Notes: generated from the sequence alone by a model not told the origin. A stretch of 64,000 nucleotides of DNA from Mobula hypostoma (GCF_963921235.1 NC_086098.1:8680001-8744000); one strand, 5' to 3'; positions 34,790 to 47,321 are shown, numbered from the stretch's first letter. Program-made: numbers and translations.

Positions 34790-37700
34790 TACATGCCAGT
34801 GATGATAATTTTCTTGCTTCTCCCCACCAATTTCAACTGGTTGATGCGGGACCATTCACTGTTATCTGGAGAAATCAGTACCCTGTATACTGATGGGCTT
34901 GCTTTGTCTGTGATTTCATAGAGCCCTGCAAACCTTGGATTTAAAAATGAAGTGGGTTGGTGCATTATAATCAACACTCATTGTCCTGGGCTTAATTCTA
35001 TGGGACTGACTTTTGAGTCAAAGTAGGCTTTACTCTGTTGCTTCTTCTTTCCTAGTTGATGGGCTGCCACACAATTGGCCTCCTTCACTGTCTTTTATCA
35101 ACTGTTGTACCCACTTTTCTGACACAATCCCACCTATTTCAGGTTCTGACAAAGCAAATCCTAACAACTCCTCCAAACCTCTCATATCTCTCCCAGTCAT
35201 GAGTTTATTGGGGTGTAACCTGCTGATGATGCCACAGTATTCCTTACCTTCATCGGTACACAAGGCAAAACTACCTTCCCTGTTGTCCCATTTTGTTGCT
35301 CCATTTTGCCCATCATTACTTTTTTAAATGTTCAACTAATCCTTTCCACAATTCCACTAGACTGTGGTCTATAGAGTGTATGAAAACTTTGCTTAATCCC
35401 TAAAAATGTCATGACATTTTGCATTATCTGGGCTGTAAAATGTGTGCCTTGATCTGGCTCTATACTCGGAGGTAATCCCCAACCCTTTCCAATAAAATTT
35501 TTGTGGTTGCTTTAGCTGTGTTATTCTTAGTCGGAAAAGCTTCCATCCTTTGTTGAAAGTAGCAACTACTACAAGAATATCTTTGTACCCTCCTGGGTCC
35601 AACATAATCTATCTGCAAATTAGTCCATTGGTCTGGTTCCTGGCTCCTTCCTGTACATTTCTGTCAGGATTATATTGTGCATGGATCAAGCAATTCTTGA
35701 TATAGTGTTTCATATTGCCCTTCATCCTAGGTCACCAACAGACCCCCTTTATCTTTTCCAGGGTGCTTTTGGCTCCCTGGTGCCCCCATAAATCATGGTA
35801 CCAGTGGATCATCTGATTTCTTCCTCCCACTGGGACCACATACCTTCTTTCATATAGGACTACTCCAGCCTTAACACGTACATCCTTGTACATTTCTGAT
35901 TCTGCTCCTCTGTTAAATCCATAACCTTAACCTGTTATTCCTTCTCCCTTCCCATCTCCCCAGTCTGCGGCTGCCACTGCTGCCCATTTAAAGCACCTTG
36001 CTTCACTAACTCATCAGCCTTCCTATTCCCCCCGGGGGACAATTTTGAGTGGACTTTCACCTTTATGACTCCATATTCTTTCCCCTTTGCTTCTTCATTT
36101 ACATACCACAACAGAGCAGCAGATGGGGAGGGGCTTTCCGTCAGCTGAAACAACCCCTCTTGCTTCTCAGAGGCAAATGTTCTGTAAGGCTCTTACAAAC
36201 ATACGTACCATCAGAGTCAGACGGAAAGCATTTACCACAGTTGCCAATTCTGCTGCCTGTTCACTCATGGTTTTGGGTAGCTTTAAAGCCACACTAAACC
36301 TTCCCTGGCCATGTTCATCCTCAACATATATGCCACACCTAGTTCTCCTCTCACCATCCTGTACTGATGAGGTCCATCTACAAACATTTTAAAATAGGGT
36401 TTTTTCCTTCTACATTGATCTGCCTCTACCCCCTTCTTTTTGCTTTGATACAAGTGGGCCCCTGGGATCATTTGCTATTATAACCTGACAATCATATTCA
36501 CCTTTTTGGTATACCAGGTTGTCACCTAACATAGAGATGGTAGTTACCTGATTTAGTTATATTTCTCCCTTGCAACAACAATGTCTATCTAGCAATTCCA
36601 TTTTGGCTTCCTGAACCATCTTTAATCCTTCCATCTAGTAATAATTGTAGGAAGGTGTGTTCTGTCACTATTGTGAGTGGATTAAGTGCCACTATTGCCC
36701 AGAAAACACCTCACAAGTGTTTTTCACGTACAGTAGAACAAGTAGAACATTGATCTACAGGTGAGAGCATGCAAGAAGCATATACTACTGGTCTTATCTT
36801 CCCGTGCGTCTCCTGTAACAGCACTGCTGAGAGAGGGTGGCAGCAGTTGTGGCCAATGAGGATGGCTCATTCGGATTTGGGGGATTTAGAGCAGGTGCAG
36901 AGGCCAACGCTTGCTTCAGGGCTGTAATGACTTGGGTGTGCTCTGATTTCCATTCCCACCCAACATTCTTTTTCAGTAACTCCATTCAGTAACCTTCATG
37001 GAAAATCTATCAGTGTAATCCCTACAGTATCTTACCGTCCCCAGAAAGGACCTCAGGTCTTTCACATCTTGGGGAATAGGCAGTTTCATAACTGATACTA
37101 CTCTTCCCTTGTCAATTTCTTTTTTCCCGGTGTCAAAATCATCCCCAAATAACTAACCTCTCGTTTCATCACCTGTGCTTTTTTAGGGTTTACCTTTAGT
37201 CCCATTGCATGTAATAATTACAGCAGTTCTATCAATAACTGATAATGTTCCTGCTTGGTTTCAGTCTGCAGAAGTAGATCATGTATGTATTGAACCAGGC
37301 ACTCAGGCTTTGAAAACAGTTTTAATCCTCCCCCAAGATGCTGGTAAAATATAGGTTGGGTATTATGGAACCCCTGTAGTAGGGCAGTCCACGTATACTG
37401 CTGTACCTGAAAGGTAAATGCAAACTTGTACTGACTCTCTCTTTCTAGTGGGGACAGATAAAAATCCATTATTTGTGTCTAAGACTAAAACCGTTGAGCT
37501 CTTTAACTCTGTTTAACCACTGTCTCCAGCTCAGTTGCTACACTTGGGGCTGTTAACAGGGTTTCTTTATTCAGTTCTTGATAGTCTGTTGTCAGTCTCC
37601 AACTACCATCTGGTTTCCTCACTGGCCATATGGGCGAGTTATTAGTGGAGACTATTGGCCTCAGTACCCCTTGTTGTACCAAACTTTGAATTACCTTACC

Positions 37701-38310
37701 TACATTTTCCTCTGCTTTCTTGGGAAACCCATTTTGCTTCTGTGGTTTGGTGTCTGGACCTTGTATGCACACAATGCCAGCTATCTTTCCGCAGTCATAC
37801 TTGTACCGTGCAAATGCCCCTGGGTTCTGTGCAATGTATTGCTGTACCGTGTGATCATTGCTCATCCCCTCTGGCTTATCCACATATTCTATCCTGATCG
37901 TCACCGACTGGAATCTGTCTGTGGCATATGTCATTCATACCAGTTGGCATCCGCCAAATCATATAGTTAACTGGGTCAAAACAAAGCCCCGCTTTGGCCA
38001 TGTAATCAGTCCCCAGTATATGTTCCTGTTCCATGGGTAATTCAGCTAGCACTACTGAATGTTCTAATGCTGTCTCCTATTCTGACTTCTAAGGGTGCAC
38101 TCACATGTCCAACTTGTGAATGTCCTATAAATCCACTTAAGATAATTTTACGTTGTATTTCCCAATTTGTGTTAGTTACATTAGTGGTGTTGACGATGGT
38201 TCGGGATTGTCCAGTGCCCCATTAAAAAAGTAACAGTGCAGCCTCTGACCCTACCATTCACTAGAGGTCTTTCCATCTTACCCCACCTTGCGTCACACAC
38301 CCATGTTGGT
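34790..38310 (-). pseudogene. ERV pro-pol remnant: protease, RT, tether, RNase H, integrase
   Basis: Protease F*WGTGQSRTIVN (decayed DTG). RT QGVLRPIVSTNNSPIWPVRKPDGSWRL and QYKFAFTF...QGFHN...QYIHDLL (decayed YxDD). Tether LSAVLLQETHGKIRPVVYAS. RNase H MFVDG...SEQAAELA...KVKVH...GNRKADELVK. Integrase YHDLWGH...NCLI, WGLPPSIEPDQGTHFT, YRPQSSGIVER. Confidence 0.92.
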
Positions 38311-38329
38311 GAGGTCTGACACCATCATT

Positions 38330-39300
38330 GATGTTGGGGTGCTATCCCCTAGATGGCGATGTCCCCACCGCATTGTTTTGTGGGCCTGATCTATCCGGCC
38401 CCTCGAAAGTCAAAGCTCCCTGCTCTACTCTCCCACTTCGCAGGTTTGGACATTCTCTCTTGAGATGCCCCTCTTGACTACAGTTATAGCATTTAAATAT
38501 TCCACCTCCAATTCTCCCTGGTTCCCGACACTGTTACATTTCCTCGTCACGGGAGGCTTTTGGGTGGTACCCCACCCTCACTTCTCCAGGCAGCTGCCTG
38601 ATCTCCAACAGCCAGCGCCTTCCCATTAGCGGGTTTATTTGGCCTTTGTATCTTCTTTTCCTGTGCCCTACTCATTTTTCTCTGTTTCCATGCCTCATTG
38701 TGGGTAGGTTCAGTGGGATCAAACATTTGTAATACCTTTTTGGATTCATCGGTAGAGTGAGACACCAATGTCCTTAACCACCTATTTGAGGGCTCTGGTC
38801 CTAAGTGGTCTCAATCTAATGCTGTTCCATAAACTCCCTGGAACACAGTCCATAAACGGGAAGCAAGTGCAGTGGGATGTTCACTCTGGTAACATTTGGC
38901 TAGTGTGTCTACCGGGCCCCTCTGTTAACACCCATAGCAATCAATATTGCATTCTTTAATTCCTCATTTGTTCCCCCACCTTATTGTTGTATATCTGGCA
39001 AAGCTGAGGGTATATTTGGATGTAAGCAGGTTATATTCAATTTCCTTTCCTCGGTGTCATCTAGGCCGTGTATTAGTCCCTGATGACTAGTTACTTGAAA
39101 CTGTTCCTGAGGGTCATCTCTGAACCCATATATCCCCGTATCCTTAGCAATATATCTCAGCTGCTGTACTCCAAACAGAGTATTGTATGTTGTATTCTGG
39201 TTTTGATTTCCTGCCTTGGCTCCTCAGAGTAACTGGGGTGGGGTGGGGGGGAGAGGTTCAGTGGAACCAACGATTCCTTAGCATTGTATGCTGGCAGCGT
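38330..39300 (-). pseudogene. ERV gag remnant
   Basis: 38491-38450 translates to CYNCSQEGHLKREC (CX2CX4HX4C zinc knuckle). The upstream region is frameshifted and capsid-like only by position. Confidence 0.75.
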
Positions 39301-39559
39301 ATCCTCAGGAAAAGGCAGTTCATCAGTATCATAACTATGTCTGGTTGATCATCTGCTAAATTGTTCTAATCTATATCTGCATATTCACTCTCCTCCCCGC
39401 TTTCAGATCCAAAAGCACATATTATTCCTCTCTGTGCAGCAAGTTGGCCCTACAGCTTTCATTTCGTATGTTTTAAACTCTTTGTATGATCACCCGTATT
39501 ACTTCTTTTTTCAGAAATTGATTTCTGTATCACATTTATAGCTGCTTTTAAACCACTGC

Positions 39560-39770
39560 ATGTTGGCGCGTGGCCAAGTGGTTAAGGAGTCGGTCTAGTG
39601 ATCTGAAGGTCGCTAGTTCGAGCCTCAGCTGAGGTAGCGTGTTGTGTCCTTGAGCAAGGTACTTAGCCACACATTGTTCTGCAACAACACCGGTGCCGAG
39701 CCATATCAGCCCGAGTGCCCTTACCTTGGACAACATCGGTAGCGTGGAGAGGGGAGACTGCAACTGCTGG
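39560..39770 (+). mobile_element. tRNA-derived SINE (3'-truncated)
   Basis: A box tggccaagtgg and B box gttcgagcc. Homologous to 921-1227. Confidence 0.85.
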
Positions 39771-39774
39771 TCAT

Positions 39775-40809
39775 TCATTCCAATTCACTGATTTGTAAGA
39801 TGTCGTTCTTTCTGGCCAACAGTTCTCTCTCCCTCACTGCAATGTGAATACAGTCGGCCCTCCTTATCCGTGAGTTCCGCATGCGCAAATTCAACCAACC
39901 GCGAATCGAGAAAACCCAGAAGTGCTCTTCCAGCAATTGTTGTTCGAACATGTACAGACTGTTTTTTCTTGTCATTATTCCCTAAACAATGCAGTATAAC
40001 AGCTATTTTACATAGCATTTACATTGTATTAGGTATTATAAGTAATCTAGAGATGATTTAAAATATACGGGAGGATGTGCGTAGGTTATAATGGATCGGA
40101 ATTGGAAAAAACGGAAGTTCTCTTACTAAGTCGGAACAGGTACATCTGGTATTATTTAGCGTCAGTTAGTCAAACGTTTGTCTTAGTATATAGTATATAT
40201 TTTACCTTTCTATGCATATAAAACACTTAAGAAACGTATGTTTCAGTACCAGGCTCGGGAAGGGAAATTCCCGAATTCGATCCAGTGACAGACTGCTCCC
40301 GAGCATGCCACCCATCCCTGCTGGGTTGATGTGGAGGATCAAAAACCCAATAATTAAACTACTGCGTTGCTCAGTAATAATTGTAACTTTAATCGGGGCA
40401 AGGCTTTTCTCACTTTATCCTTTAAAATTGTTCTGATCGTTGACCGACTGTAGCTGAATACTTTAGCAATGACCAATGGGGTTTCACCTCTTTCCGATTG
40501 CTTTATTATTTCCACTTTATTTTAAGTGGTGATCGTGATTATTTTGGTGAAAGGAAACACTGTGGATTCAGAGCTCCGCCGCCGGGTTCTAATGTCCACC
40601 ACACTGATACAGGTTAAATAATGTCCGGGGTTCCGCTGGGTCCTAAGGCCCACCGCATTGTGACAGGTTGAATAAAGGACTTGAGCATCCTCGAGGGGTC
40701 CCGGAACCAATCCCTCACGGATAAGGAGGGCCGACTGTACACCAGTTAAAGCCATCTCCTGCCTGCGTGCTTTTATTTAATCAATAAGTAGTTGTGCACA
40801 GGCACAACA
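39775..40809 (+). mobile_element. Distal part of the Gypsy 3' LTR, split by a Tigger element
   Basis: ctgcaatgtgaata|[Tigger]|tacaccagttaaagccatctcctgc...gcttttatttaatcaata...cacaaca matches the 5' LTR at 27190-27273. Confidence 0.85.
39851..40737 (-). mobile_element. Tigger/pogo-type non-autonomous DNA transposon, 887 bp
   Basis: Perfect 24-bp TIRs cagtcggccctccttatccgtgag and TA TSD (39849-50, 40738-39). The - strand remnant KVEIIKQSERGETP..IAK....RSTIRTILKDK is a transposase N-terminal HTH. Confidence 0.93.
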
Positions 40810-41377
40810 AAGGCAGACAAACCTGCTCACATTACTCCAAGTGAGGCCTCGCCAGTGCTTTATAAAGTCTCAACATTACATCCTTGATTTTATATTCTAG
40901 TCCTCTTGAAATGAAAGTCAACATTGCATTTGCCTTCCTTACTACAGATTAATGACAAATTAACTTTAGGGAATCAATCCTACACAAGGATACCCCTATT
41001 CCCTTTGTACCTCTGTTTTTTGTATTTTCTCTCCATTTAGAAAATAGTCTACCCTTTCACTTCTACAAAAGTGCATGACCATACACTTCCTGACACTGTA
41101 TTCCATGTGCCATTTCTTTGCCCATTATGCTAATCTGTCTAAGATCTTCTGTAGCCTCTATACTTATTCAAAATGACCTCCTCCTCCACGTATCTTCATA
41201 TTGTCTGCAAACTTTTCAACAAAGCCATCAATTCCATCATCCAAATCATCGACACATAATGTGAAAAGAAGCAGTCCCAATACTGGCTCCCTGCAGACAC
41301 CACTATTCATGGACAGCCAACCCGAAAAGGCTCCATTTATTCTTACTCTATGCCTCCTGCCAATCAGCCACTGCTTT

Positions 41378-42300
41378 AACCCTCAACACAGGTGCCCCTC
41401 AGGGCTATGTACTAAACCCACTCCTTTACTCTCTGTATACCCATGACTGTGTCGCCAACCACAGCTAATTAAATTTGCTGACGGCACTACACTGATTGGC
41501 CTAATCTCAAATAATAACGAGGCAACATACAGAGAAGAAGTCACCACCCTGACACAGTGGTGCCAAGAAAACAACCTCTCCCTCAATGTCACAAAAACGA
41601 AGGAGGTGTTTGTGGACTGCAGGAGGAATGGAGACAGGATAGCCCCTATTGATCTTGGGTGAACAGCTTTAAGTGCCTCGGCATAAACATCACCAAGGAT
41701 CTGGCTTGGTCTGTACATACCAGCTGTGTGGTGAAAAAAGCATAACATCGCCTCTTTCACCTCAGACAGTTGAAGAAGTTTAGTGTGGCCCCCAAATCCT
41801 AAGAACTTTCTATAGGGGCACAATTGAGAGCATCCTGACTGGCTGCATTACAGCCTGGAATGGGAACTGTACTTCTCTCAATCGTAGGACTCTGCAGAGA
41901 GTGGTGCAGACAGCCCAGCGCATCTGTAGATGTGAACTTCCACTATTCAGGACACTTACAAAGACAGGTGTATAAAAAAGCCCGAAGGATCTTTGGGGAC
42001 CTGAGTCACTCCAACCATAAACTATTCCAGCTGCTACCATCTGGGAAACGGTATCACAGTATAAAAGCCAGGACCAACAGGCTCCGGGACAGCTTCTTCC
42101 ACCAGGCCATCAGACTGATTAATTCATGCTGACGCAACTGTATTTCTATGTTATATTGACTGTCCTGTTGTACATACTATTTATTATAAATTACAAAGTT
42201 TGTACTATAAATTGCACATTGTACTTTTAAACAGAGACGAAACCTAAAGATTTTTACTCCTCATGTACATGAAGGATGCAAGTAATGAAGTCAATTCAAT
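41378..42300 (+). mobile_element. Rex1/Babar-like LINE 3' fragment
   Basis: Begins NTGAPQG..L.PLLYSLYTHDC..KFADGTTLIG and continues IESILTGCITAW; caattcaat tail. Same family as 62792-63140. Confidence 0.85.
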
Positions 42301-42929
42301 AGAATCTTTCCTGTAATGCCATGGGCTGATAGCTTGTTAAGCAGCCTCATGTGTGGCATGTTGTCAAAGGCCTTCTGAATACAATATCGACCAATTTTCC
42401 TTTGTCTATCCTTAACAATCCAACATCTTCCCAAACACTGTCAGGCTAACAGGCCTATAATTTCCTTTCTTCTGCCTCCCTTCCTTCTTGGAGTGATATT
42501 TGCAATTTTTCAGTCTTCCTGAACCATTCCAGAATCCAGTGATTCTTGAAACATCATTATTAATACCTTCACAATCTCTTCAGTGATCTCTGTCAGAACT
42601 CTGAGGTGTACACCATCTGGTCCTAGTGACTTATCTATCTTCAGACCTTTCAGTTTCCTAAGAACCTTCTCCAGAGTAGTGGTAACTTCACTCACTTCAT
42701 ACCCCCTGACACCTGGAACTTCCACCATACTGCTAGAGTCTTCCGCAGTGAAGACTGATGCAAAATTTTTAGTCAGTTTGCCCACCATTTCCTTGTCCTC
42801 CATTGTTACCTCTCCAGCATTGTTTTCCAGCAGTCCGATATCCAATAGCACTTCTCCTTTACACTTCATGTATCTGAAGAAACTTTTGGTATCTTCTTTA
42901 ATATTATTGGCTTTCATATTCCATATTTT

Positions 42930-43620
42930 AGATTTTTTTTAGATTATGAGGACACTCAGTCCTCGTTTATTGTCATTTAGAAATGCATGCATGCATTAAG
43001 AAATGATACAATGTTCCTCCAGACTGATATCACCAAAAATACAGGACAAACCAAAGACTAACACTGACAAGACCATATAATTATAACATATAGTTACAGC
43101 AGTGCAAAGCAATACCATAATTTGATAAAGAGCAGACCATGGGCACGGTAAAAAAAAAAGTCTCAAAGTTCCGATTGACTCCCGATGGTCCCCGATAGCA
43201 GGCGGCAAAAGGGAGAAACTCTCCCTGCCATAAACCTCCAGGCGCCGACAACTGTCGATGCATTGGAAGCTCCCGACCCCAGCCAACTCAGTAAGTCCGT
43301 CCGAAAACTTCGAGCCTCTGACCAGCCTTTCGACATCGAGCACCGAGCACCATCTCTGCCGAGTGCTTCGACCCCATCCCGGCCGCCGATCAACAAGCAA
43401 AGCCGAGGACTCGGGGCCTTCCCCTTCGGAGATTCTGGATCACACAGTAGCAGCGGCAGCAAAAAAGGCATTTCAGAAGTTTCTCCAGATGTTCCTCCGT
43501 CCTCTCACGTCTGTCTCCATCAAATCAGGATTGTGCACGGCACCCTACTTGACAGATTACAGATATCATTCACTGGAGTGGCTGTGCAAGCTGCGTCGTG
43601 CCGCCATCTTCTCCTCCTCT
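42930..43620 (-). mobile_element. Non-autonomous retroposon, second copy (see 12255-12865)
   Basis: Collinear homology and shared termini with 12255-12865. Confidence 0.75.
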
Positions 43621-46600
43621 TCTTTTCTTTGTCTTTGTCCTCTCTTGATTGCCACGGTTGTGTCATCTGGCCTTTAGAATACTTATTCCTTTTTGTGATG
43701 TATATAACCTGTGTCTTCCGAATTGCTTCCAGAAGTTCTAGCCATTGCTGCTCTGCCGCCATCCCTGCCAGTGTTCCCTTCCAATCAATTCTGACCAACT
43801 CCTCTTGCATGCATTTTTACTCCACTGTAATATTGATACATCTGACTTTAGCTTCTCCTTCTCTAATTTCAGGGTGAAATTCAATCATATTATGATCACT
43901 CCCCCCAATTGTTTTTTTACCTTAAGCTCACTAAACAATTCCAGTTCATTGCACAACACCCAATCCAGAATAGCTGATCCCCTAGTGGGCTCAACCATGG
44001 CTCATAGGCATTCACCCTCTTGGAATTCAGCACCAACCTGATTTTCCCAGTCTTACTTGCATATTGAAATCCCCCATGACTATTGTAACATTGCCCTTTT
44101 GGTGCGCATTTTCTATCTCCCATTCTAATTTGTAGTCCAAGTCTTTTTTACTGTTTCAGGGCCTGTATATAACTCAGGGTCTTTTTACCTTGCAGTTCCT
44201 TAGCTCTATCCACAACTTCTGACCTTATGTCACTTCTTTCAAGTGGTTTGATTTCATTTTTTTTTTATCAACATAGTAACGCTGCACATTCCTGCTTTCC
44301 CACTTGTCTTTTCGATACAATGTGTACCTTTGAACATGGTTCAGTGATGCCAACAACATCATAGATGCTAATCTGTAACTGCGCTACAAGTTCATCTACC
44401 TTATTTTGTATACTGTGCACATTCAAATATAACCCCTTCAGTCCCGTATTTACCTGTTTTGATTTTGTCCACCTTTTATGTTGCAACTCTTCCTGTTGAC
44501 TGCAATTTTGCCCTATCATCAGCCTTTCCTTGCTGGTAGTACCTTCCTCAGAAGAAATCCCAATGATCCATAAATCTGAACCCTTGCCCTCTGCATCAGT
44601 TCCACAACCACATATTCACCTACCAAATCATCCTGTACTTATCCTCATTGGCACCTAGCACAGGCAGCAACCCAGAGATTAGTACCCGGGTGGTCCTGTT
44701 TTTCAGCGTTCTGTCTAGTTCCCGACAAGCTTTCTTCAGGGCCTCTTCACCTTGACTACCTATGGCGTTGGTGCCAATGAGTATGCCATGGACCTGATCT
44801 GAGACATCTCTGATGGTACCAGGGAGGCAACATACCATCCAGGTGTCACTATCACACCCACAGAACATTATCTCTTTTCTCTTTTCTTCAGACTAAGGAA
44901 TCTCCTATCAACACTGCAGTCCTCTTCACCTCTCTGCTCTTCTGAGCCACAGCACCCGGCTCAGTGCCAGACACCCAGTCACCGGTAGGTCGTCTCCCTC
45001 AATAGTATCTGAAGTTGTATACTTATTATTGAGGGGGTTGGCCACAGGTGTACCCTGCAATGGCTGTACATTTACCCTCCTTCTCCTGACAGTCGCCCAG
45101 TTACCTGTCTCCTGCAACCTAGGGGTGACTAACTCCCTGTAGCTCCTGTCTCTCACCACCTCATTCTCTTGTATATATTGAAGATCATCGAGCTGTTTCT
45201 CCATTTCCTTAATATGTTCTCTCAACTCAGTGCACCTGGTGCAGATATGTTTATCTGGGAGACTGGAGGTCCCACATACAGTACAAAACACTGCCCTTGG
45301 TGCCATTCTCACTAAACTACTATGCCCTAACAGACATGGAATAAGTAAGAAAGAACAGGGGGAGGCTCATTTACAAAATACTTTACCTCACCTGAGCCTG
45401 ATGAGCCAAATCCACTCTAAAAGAATGGCCACTGCACTTGCACTTGAGTTAGTTTTCTTGGCCCTTTCTAATGAATCCCTCTTGATTGGTCACTTCTCAA
45501 TTCAGAGAAACTGCCATGAAACTCTGCCCTTAAAATCTGGATTGCCTTTCTGATTAAAAGATAGCTCTTTTTATACAGCCTCATTGTCCAACTCCATTTC
45601 ATGCAGTATCTGTACAAAATGAGTGTTGGTTAACTGTGTTGTCTATGTTGGATATGAAAGCAGGAACAGATTTGGTTGTAATGCAGATCAGTTGTTAATT
45701 TGCTGATACTGTTAAAGCTCACATGAAAAAGATAACCAGTGAGAGTGATGCTAAAGAGTATTTGGCATGCTGCACAGAATCTCACATGTTTAACTCACAT
45801 GTTAAATATGCTACATTGCATATCCATGTGGTAAAGCAAGCTGGTGAGGGCTTTCAATGGTCAATGGAGAAGAACTTCTTTGATATCTTAAACCTTGTAC
45901 AATGTATACAATCATAGAATCTACCACATTCTGTAGTTGTACTTTATACTGTAAGTTAACTGTTTAAATGTTGCCTTTCTGATTTCTAGTAACTTCAGGT
46001 TCTTCACTCTAATTATTTGTATTCAGAAACAAATTACTTAATTACATCTGCGGTGGATTCTTTTTATTGTGCTTTCTGCTGTTCACATTTGGGATGGAAA
46101 GGCTACCAGCTGTGATAGTTGGAACATACTGTTTGTGTCCTTGCAATTCAGAATAGAGCTTGTACTGAATTTATTCATTAATTATTGAATGAAACTCTAC
46201 AATTCGTTCTCAGTATTATTTACTTACTTTTTTATTTACACAGTTTGTCTTTTGCACATAGGTTGCTTATCAGTCTGAGTGTAGTTTTTCATTGATTCTA
46301 TTGTATTTTTTTGTTCTACTGTGAACACCTGCAAAAATATGAATTTCAGGGTTGTATATGATGACATATATATACTCTGATAATAAAACTTTGATTCTGG
46401 TCGAATGGCATTTTATGTCAGATAATGCAAATTGTGCTCTGAGAATGGAGGTGATTGAGTCAATTTCAGGTTAAATCTTTTATCTGCCCAGTATTAAAGT
46501 GGCAAAATCATTTTCTCTCTTGTTATAACCAATGATCTGATTTTAAAAATATATTTTCAATGGAAACCACAAAAACCCTTTGATTTTTCTCATCGGTGAG

Positions 46601-46849
46601 AGTAGTAGTAACTACATATAAACTGGGAGAGGCAATGAAACGGACTTATTTTTATCACCTCTCCCAGTAAACTTAATAGACTCTGTTTATTTTAAAAGAT
46701 AAACAGATTAGATAGAATAAAATAAAAATGATTTCCCACCAATTCAGGAGATATATGGATAGTAATTAGCTTCACAGAATTCTAATAGGATTCTTAAATT
46801 CTGGCACTCATATTCAAAGTTCAAAGTAAATTTTATATCAAAATACATG

Positions 46850-47321
46850 CAATTGCAAGAAAAAGTTTGTGAACCCTTTGCACTTATCTGGTTTTCGGTA
46901 TTAATTATTCATAGCATGTGGTCTGATCTTCATCCAAGTCACAATCTGAAGAGGGCTGTTCACGCAAGGGATCCCAGAGATATTGATGAACTGAAACAGT
47001 TTTTGTATGGAGGAACGGTCTAAAATTCCTCCTTGCCATTGTGCAAGTTTGATCAGCAGCTACAGGAAATGTTTGGTGGAGGTTATTGCTGTTAAAGGAG
47101 GTTCCACCAGGGTTCACATACTTTTAAAAGCCTGGACTGTGAATGATTAAACAATGTGTTCAATAAAGACGTGAAAAGTACAATTGTTTGTGTATTATTA
47201 GTTTTGGCACATTATGTTTGGCAATTATTGTGACTTAGATGAATACAGACCGCATTTTATGAGTAATTAATACAGAAAACTAGGTAATTGCAAAGGGCTC
47301 ACAAACTTTTTCTTGCAAATG
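46850..47321. mobile_element. Tc1-type MITE with ~95-bp imperfect TIRs
   Basis: caattgcaagaaaaagtttgtgaaccctttgca...aagtcacaat is inverted at the right end (attgtgactt...tgcaaagggctcacaaactttttcttgcaaatg), followed by TA. Confidence 0.85.

Larger units (their letters stand above)
30504..34790 (-). pseudogene. ERV env-like remnant in three pieces (34790-34660, 34459-33727, 30778-30504)
   Basis: Joining 33727 to 30778 restores the frame NTNGVGL|ILLEDTGEFVTLVPGYQHLQIIFNLTEIMVPEWCSP. After one frameshift it reads KPVKNRRKRRLLELVGAGCA*GVATVNTLDVVELEN (furin site at 30598-30584, then a fusion-peptide-like stretch). Confidence 0.75.
29185..39545 (-). mobile_element. Degraded endogenous retrovirus internal region (gag-pro-pol-env), lokiretrovirus-like; interrupted by later insertions, no own LTRs seen
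   Basis: Ordered on - strand: gag with CCHC knuckle, protease, RT, tether, RNase H, integrase, env-like (see sub-features). Domain order RT-RH-IN-env. Clade assignment is inference. Confidence 0.85.
40810..45400 (-). mobile_element. Remainder of the long CR1 (RT, endonuclease, ORF1), with nested Rex1-like LINE and retroposon
   Basis: RT KSLGPDGVH (ORF 42510..42917), endonuclease YLNVHSIQNK...DVVGITE (44268..44519), ORF1 esterase VLISGLLPV (44620..44868) and zinc finger CTVC...HICTRC (44926..45312). Confidence 0.85.

Noticed and set aside
34790..38310. Classification as a foamy virus
   Set aside because: The RT has spuma-like segments, but gag has a CCHC knuckle, which foamy viruses lack, and the env layout differs. 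A phylogeny is needed.
38281..38450. Programmed gag-pol readthrough or frameshift signal in the ERV
   Set aside because: gag ends at a TAG and the protease is in another frame, but the copy has too many indels to distinguish a signal from decay.
39560..39640. tRNA gene (also ~1150-1227)
   Set aside because: A and B boxes are present, but the sequence continues into a shared SINE body and one copy has a TSD; these are SINE heads.
43185..43877. 230-aa ORF as a novel gene
   Set aside because: It spans the antisense strand of a GC-rich retroposon and adjoining CR1 sequence, and has no recognisable domain.
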